Shown: positions 6,532 to 14,243, numbered from the stretch's first letter. The stretch: 14,303 bases of DNA from Gammaproteobacteria bacterium (GCA_003696665.1 RFGJ01000511.1:1-14303), one strand, 5' to 3'. A program made the numbers and translations. Notes: generated from the sequence alone by a model not told the origin.

Positions 6532-9210
6532 TTAAACAGTGGCCGGATTAGGTTTGTCCGGATCAATGCCGTACTTCTTAATGGCGGCACTCACTGTCTT
6601 GCGCTCAATATCGCCTTGCTGCGCCAAGGCCGAGAGGGCGGCCACCGTAATATAGTACCGATCAACTTCAAAGAAACGGCGCAAATTCGCTCTCGAATCG
6701 CTTCGACCAAAGCCGTCTGTGCCAAGTGTAATGTAGGTGCCTGGCACCCAAGGACGAATCTGGTCAGCAAAAATCTTCATGTAATCGGTCGATGCCACCA
6801 CTGGGCCACCCCAGCGCTTCAAACATTTCTGCACATAGGCCTCACGCGGCCGGGATTCTGGGTGCAACATGTTCCAGCGATCTGTTTCCAAGCCTTCGCG
6901 CCGCAATTCTGTAAATGAGGTGACGCTCCATACGTTTGAAATAATGCCCCAGTCTTGCGCCAACAACTCAGCCGCGGCCAAACATTCGCGCAAGATGGTG
7001 CCGCTGCCAAGCAACTGAACCATCTCACCTTTTTTGGGTTTCCGCTTTTGCGTCCAACCCTGTTTGAGCAGGTACATCCCTTTAATAATCCCTTCTTCAG
7101 CCCCCTCGGGCATTTCCGGATGGGGGTAGTTTTCATTCATCGTCGTGATGTAATAAAACACGTTTTCCTGCTCTTTCACCATGCGTCGCAATCCCTCGCG
7201 TATGATCACGGCGAGCTCATAGCCATAAGTTGGGTCATAGGACACACAGTTCGGAATGGTTGATGACAGTACATGGCTATGACCGTCCTGATGTTGCAGA
7301 CCCTCCCCGTTAAGGGTGGTTCTCCCGGCCGTTGCCCCGATCAGAAAACCGCGCGCCTGAATATCGCCAGCAGCCCAGGCCAAATCACCAACGCGCTGGA
7401 AACCAAACATGGAGTAAAACACATAGAAGGGAATCATCGGCAAGTTATTGTTTGAATAGCTTGTCGCCGCCGCTATCCAAGATGACATGGCGCCAGCTTC
7501 ATTGATGCCCTCTTCAAGTATTTGTCCCTTCTTATCTTCTCGGTAATACATCAATTGATCAGCGTCCACCGGCCGGTAAAGCTGGCCAACCGAGGAATAA
7601 ATGCCATACTGCCGGAACATGCCCTCCATGCCAAAAGTGCGTGCCTCATCCGGAACGATGGGCACAACGTTGGCCCCGATATTCTTATCCTTCATGAGGG
7701 TGTTGATAATTCGAACCAGCGCCATCGTGGTGGACATTTCTCGGTCACCCGAACCTTTATAGAGCGCCTCGAAGGCATCACTCGGTGGCACACCCAACGA
7801 AATGCTGCGCCGACGGCGACTCGGCAGATAACCACCGAGCGCGGCGCGGCGCTCGCGCAAATATTCGAGTTCTGGACTATTTTCTGCGGGCTTGTAATAA
7901 GGCACTTCAGCTAGCTGACTATCGGGAATTGGCACATCGAAACGATCACGGAAGTAACGGATCGCCTCCATGTCGAGCTTCTTCACTTGGTGGGCAATAT
8001 TTTTCCCCTCGCCGCTCGGGCCCATACCATAGCCCTTCACGGTTTTGGCCAAAATTACAGTCGGCTGTCCCTTGTGATGAACGGCCGCATGGTAAGCGTT
8101 ATACACCTTGTGCGGATCATGCCCCCCACGGTTCAAGCGCCAAATGTCTTCATCTGACATATTGGCAACCATTTCTTTAAGTTCAGGATACTTACCAAAG
8201 AAATGCTCGCGCGTGTATGCCCCACCTTTCGCTTTACAGTTCTGATATTCGCCATCGACCGTTTCTTCCATGACTTTGAGCAGTAGCCCTTTGGTGTCCC
8301 TTGCAATCAGCGGGTCCCAGTATCGCCCCCAGATCACCTTGATGACATTCCAGCCAGCACCGCGGAAATCTGCTTCCAATTCCTGAATAATTTTTCCGTT
8401 ACCGCGTACGGGGCCGTCAAGCCGCTGAAGATTACAATTGATGACAAAGGTCAAATTATCCAGTTGCTCACGGCCGGCGAGTGAAATGGCGCCGAGAGAT
8501 TCCGGCTCATCCATTTCGCCATCACCCATAAATGCCCAAACACGGCGATTAGTTGTGTCAGCCAATCCACGGTTATGCAAATATTTCAGAAAACGTGCCT
8601 GATAAATCGCTTGGATCGGCCCCAAACCCATCGATACCGTTGGAAATTGCCAGAAATCTGGCATCAACCAAGGATGCGGGTATGAACTTAACCCCTTGCC
8701 GTCCACTTCTTGACGGAAATTATCTAATTGTTCCGCGGTCAACCGTCCTTCGAGAAAGGCGCGTGCATAAATTCCAGGGGCGGAATGCCCCTGAATATAG
8801 ACAAGATCGCCACCATGTTTTTCGTTAGCGGCATGGAAGAAGTGATTAAACCCGACGTCGTACAAAGTGGCTGCCGAAGCAAAGCTCGAAATATGTCCAC
8901 CAAGCTCAAGATTCTTTTTACTGGCTCTAACCACCATCGCCATGGCGTTCCAACGGATAATCGAGCGCAATCGGCGCTCCATGGCCTGATCACCTGGCAT
9001 CGCCACCTCTTGGGACGGAGTGATGGTGTTCAAATAGGCCGTGGTCATTTTATACGGCAAATACGCGCCGGAACGCCGCGCCTTATCGATAAGTTTTTCA
9101 AGTAAAAAATGAGCGCGTTCAGGCCCCTCTCGTTCAAGCACTGCCTCCATGGCATCCAGCCATTCGCTGGTTTCAATCGGGTCAATATCAGTTTGCTGAT
9201 CAATGCTCAT
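6532..9210 (-). CDS. aceE: Pyruvate dehydrogenase E1 component (homodimeric AceE type), about 892 aa
   Basis: N-terminus MSIDQQTDIDPIETSEWLDAMEAVLEREGPERAHFLLEKLIDKARR is colinear with E. coli AceE (MSERFPNDVDPIETRDWLQAIESV...), and the length of about 890 aa fits. The ORF track begins at a GTG (9229-9231). The ATG at 9208-9210, preceded by AGGGGGAA with 6-nt spacing, is the better-supported start. Confidence 0.94.
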   Translation of the reverse strand: MSIDQQTDIDPIETSEWLDAMEAVLEREGPERAHFLLEKLIDKARRSGAYLPYKMTTAYLNTITPSQEVAMPGDQAMERRLRSIIRWNAMAMVVRASKKNLELGGHISSFASAATLYDVGFNHFFHAANEKHGGDLVYIQGHSAPGIYARAFLEGRLTAEQLDNFRQEVDGKGLSSYPHPWLMPDFWQFPTVSMGLGPIQAIYQARFLKYLHNRGLADTTNRRVWAFMGDGEMDEPESLGAISLAGREQLDNLTFVINCNLQRLDGPVRGNGKIIQELEADFRGAGWNVIKVIWGRYWDPLIARDTKGLLLKVMEETVDGEYQNCKAKGGAYTREHFFGKYPELKEMVANMSDEDIWRLNRGGHDPHKVYNAYHAAVHHKGQPTVILAKTVKGYGMGPSGEGKNIAHQVKKLDMEAIRYFRDRFDVPIPDSQLAEVPYYKPAENSPELEYLRERRAALGGYLPSRRRRSISLGVPPSDAFEALYKGSGDREMSTTMALVRIINTLMKDKNIGANVVPIVPDEARTFGMEGMFRQYGIYSSVGQLYRPVDADQLMYYREDKKGQILEEGINEAGAMSSWIAAATSYSNNNLPMIPFYVFYSMFGFQRVGDLAWAAGDIQARGFLIGATAGRTTLNGEGLQHQDGHSHVLSSTIPNCVSYDPTYGYELAVIIREGLRRMVKEQENVFYYITTMNENYPHPEMPEGAEEGIIKGMYLLKQGWTQKRKPKKGEMVQLLGSGTILRECLAAAELLAQDWGIISNVWSVTSFTELRREGLETDRWNMLHPESRPREAYVQKCLKRWGGPVVASTDYMKIFADQIRPWVPGTYITLGTDGFGRSDSRANLRRFFEVDRYYITVAALSALAQQGDIERKTVSAAIKKYGIDPDKPNPATV

Positions 9211-9346
9211 GCGGTTCCCCCTGTTCACCACAGGCCAATGCCTACAGAAAGTGTAGTGCCGAATTCGAATTTGTCAGATCTGGCAATCGTGACAGCTCGG
9301 CCCGTTGACAAAATTGGGCACAGGATAACAGGTGGACTGGCGACAA

Positions 9347-9360
9347 CAGGTCTGACCAGG
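9347..9360 (-). promoter_or_regulatory. PdhR/FadR-type (GntR family) operator-like palindrome CAGGTC-T-GACCAG (core GGT-N3-ACC) in the aceE upstream region
   Basis: Near-perfect 13-bp palindrome with a perfect GGTCNGACC core. It fits the T-GGT-nnn-ACC-A architecture of the E. coli PdhR box (AATTGGTAAGACCAATT). It lies immediately downstream of a candidate sigma70 promoter, the same relative position as the PdhR box in the E. coli pdh promoter. A partial copy (ACAGGTGGACTGG) sits 18 bp further downstream at 9328-9340. Confidence 0.35.
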
Positions 9361-9375
9361 CTATTTTGCTTTATT

Positions 9376-9404
9376 TTTATATAGCATCTAGAAAATGGAC
9401 ACAA
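9376..9404 (-). promoter_or_regulatory. Candidate sigma70 promoter for aceE-aceF-lpd (-35 TTGTGT at 9399-9404, 17-nt spacer, -10 TATAAA at 9376-9381), overlapping the ampE stop codon
   Basis: Minus-strand read is TTGTGT-CCATTTTCTAGATGCTA-TATAAA, followed by an A/T-rich tract and the PdhR-like palindrome about 15-30 nt downstream. Hexamers were picked by eye. The implied 5' leader is about 160 nt and contains a 10-bp perfect palindrome AATTCGAATT (9262-9271). Confidence 0.3.
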
Positions 9405-10101
9405 ACGCCAGAATCACAAGCAAGGCTAACAGTGCGCGACGGTTGAGGGCAGAACGCTGTATCTGCTGTTCAGGCGCAGTCAGTTCGTCCCACAGCGGTT
9501 CAAGCGCCGCGATACTTCCACGTTCGACCAATTCTTCAGCCTCACCATCACGAGGCAACGCCAATCCTTTTGCCATCAAAAAATGCATGCAAGTATGGAA
9601 ATTTCCTACTAAGGCATAACTGATGACGACGACTCGCGCTGGCACCCACAAAACCCACGGAATCACGACTTCCGACACCTGAGTCCAAACCGCCTGACTT
9701 TGACGTGTTAACAACAAACGTACAGAAACAAGCCCCAAAATACCAAATACCCCATAAAAGAAGACACAGCTGACCAAACGAAGCACTTGTGCCGTATCCA
9801 TGTCCTCGTCAAAGCCAATCGGCCCCAGTGCCACCGTCAATACCAACACATGAAGAAGCAGCAGCGCCAATAAATGGTTTCCAGAAATTATTTTGACCAA
9901 TGCGGCCACCACGACCGCCGTACCCAAAATTGTCAGGCTCCAGCCAGCAACGCCTCGCCCCCATGATTTTTGCGCTAACCCTTGCCAGCAATAGTCAACC
10001 CAGCGTTCCCACAACTCAACCACCTGTTCGGCCAATTGAGGATATGCCTGTTGCCACCAATAAATGGCGAGCGTGGCAAAAACCAATGCGACAAAAGTCA
10101 T
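9388..10101 (-). CDS. ampE: AmpE-like inner-membrane protein (ampD operon partner), 237 aa
   Basis: Polytopic hydrophobic protein located directly downstream of ampD, as in the E. coli ampDE operon. The C-terminal region (PARVVVISYALVGNFHTCMHFLMAKGL) resembles E. coli AmpE ([32 protein letters not shown]). SD AAGGGGTGA precedes the ATG at 10099-10101. It is shorter than E. coli AmpE (284 aa). Confidence 0.72.
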   Translation of the reverse strand: MTFVALVFATLAIYWWQQAYPQLAEQVVELWERWVDYCWQGLAQKSWGRGVAGWSLTILGTAVVVAALVKIISGNHLLALLLLHVLVLTVALGPIGFDEDMDTAQVLRLVSCVFFYGVFGILGLVSVRLLLTRQSQAVWTQVSEVVIPWVLWVPARVVVISYALVGNFHTCMHFLMAKGLALPRDGEAEELVERGSIAALEPLWDELTAPEQQIQRSALNRRALLALLVILAFVSIF

Positions 10102-10190
10102 TGTTCACCCCTTACCTCTATTATCTGTTGCTTATTGGAACACGACAGCGCAACGCAAACAAGATGCGGACGAGAATTGGGACATGGCGG

Positions 10191-10820
10191 TTACTTTCGG
10201 CAAATCTGCCTGAGGTAATATGGCCAATCGAAAAAAGGCCCTGGATCCGTCTTCCGGCCCGGTGCAATGTCGCTGTGGCCTACGATACGTTCCGGCACGA
10301 CCATCTCGTATCGACGCATTATGGCCTTGGTCAACGCCACCAGTGCGTCGTACTGCACCGACTCAAAAGGTGCGTCATCGGTGCCCTCAAGCTCGATACC
10401 AACCGATCGGCTGTTACAGTCTGGATGACCAAGGTAGGTCGATTCCCCAGCATGCCACGCCCGATCTAACGTGCTGACAAATTGGACGACCTCGCCATTT
10501 CGACGAATAAAAAAATGAGACGATACACGCAAGTCCTTTATTTCTACAAAATATGGATGCGCACTCTCATTCAGAGTGCCGAGAAAAAATTGCTCAACAA
10601 AGGGGGTGAGATAATGCCGTGGTGGCAAGCTAATGCAATGAATGACCACCATATCAACAAGACCTGTCATGCGCACATTAAAATGCGGGGAGGGCACATG
10701 TCTCGCCCCTTGGCACCAACCATCTTCTTTTATGGTGAAACCAACCTGCCTTTCCAAGTCACGTTGACCAAGTCTATGTGTATTCTTCACTTTTTGACTT
10801 AAGTGCCCGGAGGTTAGCAA
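10191..10820 (-). CDS. ampD: 1,6-anhydro-N-acetylmuramoyl-L-alanine amidase AmpD (zinc amidase_2 family)
   Basis: Colinear with E. coli AmpD: GWCQGARHVPSPHF vs GWLVGARRVPSPHY; VVIHCISLPP (zinc-ligand His); AHPYFVEIKDLRVSSHFFIRRNGEVVQFV; RAWHAGES; IGIELEGTD; GHSDIAPGRKTDPGPFFDW (second His and Asp zinc ligands). The start codon is uncertain. The six-frame ORF opens at a TTG (10818-10820), and there is no in-frame ATG upstream of the conserved N-terminus. Alternatives are a GTG at 10788-10790 and a TTG at 10755-10757. None has a convincing SD. The 5' end overlaps or abuts the stop (10774-10776) of the upstream 805-aa gene. Confidence 0.85.
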   Translation of the reverse strand: MLTSGHLSQKVKNTHRLGQRDLERQVGFTIKEDGWCQGARHVPSPHFNVRMTGLVDMVVIHCISLPPRHYLTPFVEQFFLGTLNESAHPYFVEIKDLRVSSHFFIRRNGEVVQFVSTLDRAWHAGESTYLGHPDCNSRSVGIELEGTDDAPFESVQYDALVALTKAIMRRYEMVVPERIVGHSDIAPGRKTDPGPFFDWPYYLRQICRK

Positions 10821-13191
10821 TGACTGACTCTAACGCACGGTCAAATAAGGCGCCATCTTCCAGCGGACGCATTTCGCCTCTGCGCATGGCAATGGCAAGC
10901 CCGGCTCTGGTGTAATCAGCGACCTTGGTTCCGGTTCGACTGACGAAAACATAGCGATCCACAGTTGGGATAATGGCAGCAAGTTTGCACCGTGTTTTGT
11001 TGCCGTCTCGGGTCATTTCAAACCATGTTCCGGACCGCAACAAATCGACCTCCATGAGATATTTATCGTCCTCTGGCAGGCTCGCAACCTCACCCGTCAT
11101 ACCCTCAATGTCCGACAGTTCAATTTCTTCAACGACAGCGTCACCTGAAGGCAAATCATCCTCTGAGGTCGATTCGCTCAACGTTGTCGCCACAGTTTCC
11201 GGTGCGTGTTCAAGGTCGTGGTCGAGAATTTCTTCAACGCTTTCCATTCTCTTCAAATCTTGTCCAAGCCCGGCCTCTCTGTCAGTTTCAACATTCCTGT
11301 GATCTGCCTCCTGGTCTGCCAACCTTTCCCCACCTTCACTCTTCGGCGCACTTGTTTGCGACTTAACTGGCGCAAGGTCTTCGCCTTTAAGCACCCTTAA
11401 GTGCAATTTTTCGAGCTGATGCAATAGTTCTTCTGACTCAAGCTGGCCAAAAGAGGCAGCCTCTAGACCGGAGCGTATTTTTTGAATGAGGTGCGGCAGT
11501 CGAGCGGTGAGCGTTTTTCGCCCTTCTAAACTTTGTGGCGGTGTGAGCGACATCAACAGATCCTGGACAACGGCGACGGCCTGTGACCAATGCGCACTGT
11601 CCGGCCCTTCCTTCAGATACGCCAAGAAAAGCACATTTTTCCAACCATTGAACAGCAACCGACGAACAGCCTCGGGCAATTCCCGACCGGCGATGCACTC
11701 ATGGAGTGTCCGCATGACTTCACGCTTGGCCAACTCTGCTTTAGCCCGGCCTTCCTCGGCTTGTTTTGTCCGTTCTTCAATTCGTTTCGCTCGGCGCTCG
11801 AGCTCATCCATGAAAGCCCGAAATTCCTCTAGTAACTCTTCGAAGATAGACGTATCGTCATCGAACTCTTCAAGAATCCGATTGACAATAGCCTCCATTT
11901 TTGGTTTCAGTCCGCCGTTTTGGCCAGCTCGGGCAGGATCCCAGCCAAGCCCCGCTTGTGCCATTTCATTCAGTAATTTCCGCGCGGGGTGGTTGGATTT
12001 TGAGAAAAACGTCTTGTCGATAATGGCGACCTTAAGCATCGGGATCTGGAGGCGACCGATGATGGCTTTCATCTCATCGGGCAGGTTCTTATCGCCAAGA
12101 ATAAATTCAAACAGCATGGCGATGACGTCAATGACATCTTCATTGACCTGACCGAGTGCGACTGGTTGACCACCCGAAACTGTCGGAAGCACTTGACCGA
12201 TTTGCTGCCTTAGTGCCTGTGGTGACGTAATGACTGGCGCCTGTGCTTGTACCGAACCTAGTGCGCTAACCAGCGTATCGGCGTCAATCGCAACGTTTTG
12301 CGATGTCTGTGAATTACCCACCGGACTATTCTCGGATGACATCCCAGCCGAGCGACGAGCCACCGTCAATAGTTCGTGCAATGCCTCAAGGATCTCGCTG
12401 CTTTCGTGCCCCTCACCACCGGCATCGTTCGTAACGTGCCGGGCTCTATCGGATGAGCCTTTAGACGACCTATGTGATTGGCGACGTTGTGGTGCGGCCA
12501 TCGCCAAGTCCGGCAAGATTCCATGTTGGGCAAGATATTCGTTGAGTTCGGCGTACAAATCACCAAGCGTGACCATCACCATACGTTCGAAAAGTTTATA
12601 GACCACTAATTTCGCACGGATCTCAAGCTCAAGACAGCTCGCCGCTTGTCGAAACGCATTGGCGATGGCCACTGGATCGACAGGATTATTCTCTTGCGTG
12701 ACTGGGATATGAGTGACAACCGCATCCATACGACGCGTCAACGCTTCTAACTGTTCTTTACAATCAGCGCGCACTTTTTTGACCATGTTTTCCACGGCCA
12801 AATCTTCTTCAAGCTGTTCCTCCTGAACCAGCTGTAACTGGTCGACCCTGATTCTTTCAAGGTTGTTGTCTTGAGTGGCTTCCGTGTCGGAATGCGTCGT
12901 CAATTCGTCAAACTTTTCCTCAAGCCGTCGGCGAAATGCACTTTCGACTGCCTTTCGTTTAATACGAAGGGCGCGCATAGAGTCAAAGTATTGGGTTTGA
13001 TCTTTGTCGTTACCGGCACGTTCCGCCAAATCAAACAGGTGGTCATCTGCGCCACTAAGCATACGTGCCAGACTATCCATCAAATAGGCGACGGCCTTAT
13101 CTCTTACTTGTATTAACAACTTGGGTAGACTCCTAGACCTAGTCGAAACAAACTGCGTATCCTTATCCGTAATAAACGATTGACGCTTCAT
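10774..13191 (-). CDS. Large (805 aa) acidic, coiled-coil-rich conserved hypothetical protein, possibly DUF1631-like; function unknown
   Basis: Uninterrupted 2.4-kb ORF with ATG at 13189-13191 and a GGTGA SD-like sequence 5 nt upstream. The N-terminal block is LPKLLIQVRDKAVAYLMDSLARMLSGADDHLFDLAERAGNDKDQTQYFDSMRALRIKRKAVESAFRRRLEEKF. A Ser/Gln/Gly-rich, probably disordered segment runs roughly aa 230-330. A conserved-looking core reads GRLQIPMLKVAIIDKTFFSKSNHPARKLLNEMAQAGLGW. Long Glu/Arg/Lys coiled-coil stretches follow (ELERRAKRIEERTKQAEEGRAKAELAKREV). There is a very acidic segment (SESTSEDDLPSGDAVVEEIELSDIEG) and a compact C-terminal domain (WFEMTRDGNKTRCKLAAIIPTVDRYVFVSRTGTKVADYTRAGLAIAMRRGE). 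No signal peptide or TM helices are evident. The DUF1631 assignment is from memory of that family's HPAR...LLN core and is not verified. Confidence 0.8.
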   Translation of the reverse strand: MKRQSFITDKDTQFVSTRSRSLPKLLIQVRDKAVAYLMDSLARMLSGADDHLFDLAERAGNDKDQTQYFDSMRALRIKRKAVESAFRRRLEEKFDELTTHSDTEATQDNNLERIRVDQLQLVQEEQLEEDLAVENMVKKVRADCKEQLEALTRRMDAVVTHIPVTQENNPVDPVAIANAFRQAASCLELEIRAKLVVYKLFERMVMVTLGDLYAELNEYLAQHGILPDLAMAAPQRRQSHRSSKGSSDRARHVTNDAGGEGHESSEILEALHELLTVARRSAGMSSENSPVGNSQTSQNVAIDADTLVSALGSVQAQAPVITSPQALRQQIGQVLPTVSGGQPVALGQVNEDVIDVIAMLFEFILGDKNLPDEMKAIIGRLQIPMLKVAIIDKTFFSKSNHPARKLLNEMAQAGLGWDPARAGQNGGLKPKMEAIVNRILEEFDDDTSIFEELLEEFRAFMDELERRAKRIEERTKQAEEGRAKAELAKREVMRTLHECIAGRELPEAVRRLLFNGWKNVLFLAYLKEGPDSAHWSQAVAVVQDLLMSLTPPQSLEGRKTLTARLPHLIQKIRSGLEAASFGQLESEELLHQLEKLHLRVLKGEDLAPVKSQTSAPKSEGGERLADQEADHRNVETDREAGLGQDLKRMESVEEILDHDLEHAPETVATTLSESTSEDDLPSGDAVVEEIELSDIEGMTGEVASLPEDDKYLMEVDLLRSGTWFEMTRDGNKTRCKLAAIIPTVDRYVFVSRTGTKVADYTRAGLAIAMRRGEMRPLEDGALFDRALESVIANLRALKSKSEEYT

Positions 13192-13258
13192 GATATCACC
13201 GCTTGTGATCGCCTGGCCAGATGAAGAACCTTCACTTTCTCAAAATTGTAAAGATAAA

Positions 13259-13283
13259 ACAGTGACCGTGTTAACAGTTACCG
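13259..13283. promoter_or_regulatory. Imperfect 10-bp direct repeat ACAGTGACCG / ACAGTTACCG around a TGTTAACA palindrome in the divergent intergenic region between the 805-aa gene and nadC; candidate regulator-binding site
   Basis: The sequence aaACAGTGACCG-TGTTA-ACAGTTACCGggg is seen directly. It lies 76-100 bp upstream of the nadC ATG and 68-92 bp upstream of the 805-aa gene ATG. A TATGAT -10-like hexamer sits at about 13320-13325 on the plus strand. Confidence 0.25.
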
Positions 13284-13358
13284 GGGCATGGTGGCGCTTC
13301 CAAACTTGAATAAAGCCCAGTATGATTGCGCCATACTGTTCATGTGAAGACTTCGACT

Positions 13359-14243
13359 ATGCACCCCAAATTGACTGCCAAATTGCGTCGCTATGACTGG
13401 CCAAAAATTATTTCTGAAAACGTCCATATTGCCCTGCAAGAGGATCTTGGTCCAGATACTATTGATGTGACCGCGCAACTCATTGATGAGCATGCTGAAT
13501 TTACGGCCGATCTTTGGGTGCGCGAATATTGTCGCCTGGCAGGTCAAGACTGGTTTACTGAAAGTTTTCGACAAGTGAGCGAGGCTGTCTGCGTCGAATG
13601 GTATTATCAAGACGGAGATGACATACCGGCCAATTCCCATGTTGCTACCGTCACAGGTCCAGCTCGCGCGATTCTCACGGCTGAACGAACGGCAATCAAT
13701 TTTCTACAAACCCTTTCCGGCACGGCGACCCGGACGGCCAATTGGCAGAAAAAAATCGCACAACAGCATACGGTACTCCTCGATACTCGAAAAACTATCC
13801 CAGGCTTGCGATTTGCACAGAAATACGCGGTATTTTGCGGTGGCGGACAAAATCACCGAATTGGGCTTTTCGATCAATTTCTGATCAAGGAAAACCACAT
13901 CGCCGCCGCCGGAAGCATTGTCAAAGCCATAGACAAAGCCAGAAAACTCGCACCCACACTTAAAGTCGAGGTCGAAGTGGAGAATTGGGAGGAGTTTCAG
14001 GCAGCGGTGGAAGGAAAAGCAGACATTATCATGCTCGATAATTTTACACTTGACGACATCAGGCGCGCTATCCACTGGCTTTCAGAGCAGGACATCACGC
14101 CCCGTCCAATGCTCGAAGCGTCCGGGAACATCAGCGAAGACAATCTTGCCGATTATGCAGCAACAGGTGTGGATTACATATCGAGCGGAGCATTAACCAA
14201 GTCAGTCTCTGCCATTGACTTTTCGTTGCGTTATCGCACGTAA
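13359..14243 (+). CDS. nadC: Nicotinate-nucleotide pyrophosphorylase [carboxylating] (quinolinate phosphoribosyltransferase), about 294 aa
   Basis: Colinear with E. coli NadC: ALQEDLGPD...DVTAQLI; GPARAILTAERTAINFLQTLSG; LLDTRKTIPGLRFAQKYAVFCGGGQNHRIGLFDQFLIKENHI; EVEVENWEEF; ADIIMLDNF; LEASGNI; GVDYISSGALTKSV. The ORF track opens at a TTG (13326). The first ATG at 13359 gives the family-typical length. TAA stop at 14241-14243. It is divergent from ampD as in E. coli and Vibrio. Confidence 0.92.
   Translation: MHPKLTAKLRRYDWPKIISENVHIALQEDLGPDTIDVTAQLIDEHAEFTADLWVREYCRLAGQDWFTESFRQVSEAVCVEWYYQDGDDIPANSHVATVTGPARAILTAERTAINFLQTLSGTATRTANWQKKIAQQHTVLLDTRKTIPGLRFAQKYAVFCGGGQNHRIGLFDQFLIKENHIAAAGSIVKAIDKARKLAPTLKVEVEVENWEEFQAAVEGKADIIMLDNFTLDDIRRAIHWLSEQDITPRPMLEASGNISEDNLADYAATGVDYISSGALTKSVSAIDFSLRYRT

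Noticed and set aside
5983-6918. 311-aa plus-strand ORF
   Set aside because: Lies entirely antisense to aceF and the 3' end of aceE, whose minus-strand reading frames have unmistakable family motifs. Its product is low-complexity Ser/Thr/Ala-rich, as expected for the antisense frame of a GC-balanced gene. No SD is present.
9211-9231. GTG-initiated 7-codon extension of aceE (MVNRGNR)
   Set aside because: The ATG at 9208-9210 has a strong AGGGGGAA SD at ideal spacing, and the encoded N-terminus aligns with E. coli AceE from MSxxxxxDxDPIET. The GTG lies within that SD.
9900-10469. 189-aa plus-strand ORF spanning the ampE/ampD junction
   Set aside because: Antisense to both ampE and ampD, which have clear homology, and it crosses their intergenic gap. 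No SD and a proline-rich nonsense-like N-terminus.
11486-12151. 221-aa plus-strand ORF inside the 805-aa gene
   Set aside because: Antisense to a continuous 2.4-kb ORF. The product is Ser/Arg-rich low complexity with no recognisable domain. Most likely a shadow ORF.
10774-13191. PilZ (c-di-GMP binding) domain at the C-terminus of the 805-aa protein
   Set aside because: I considered it because of the small beta-rich C-terminal domain, but the diagnostic RxxxR and D/NxSxxG motifs are not present.
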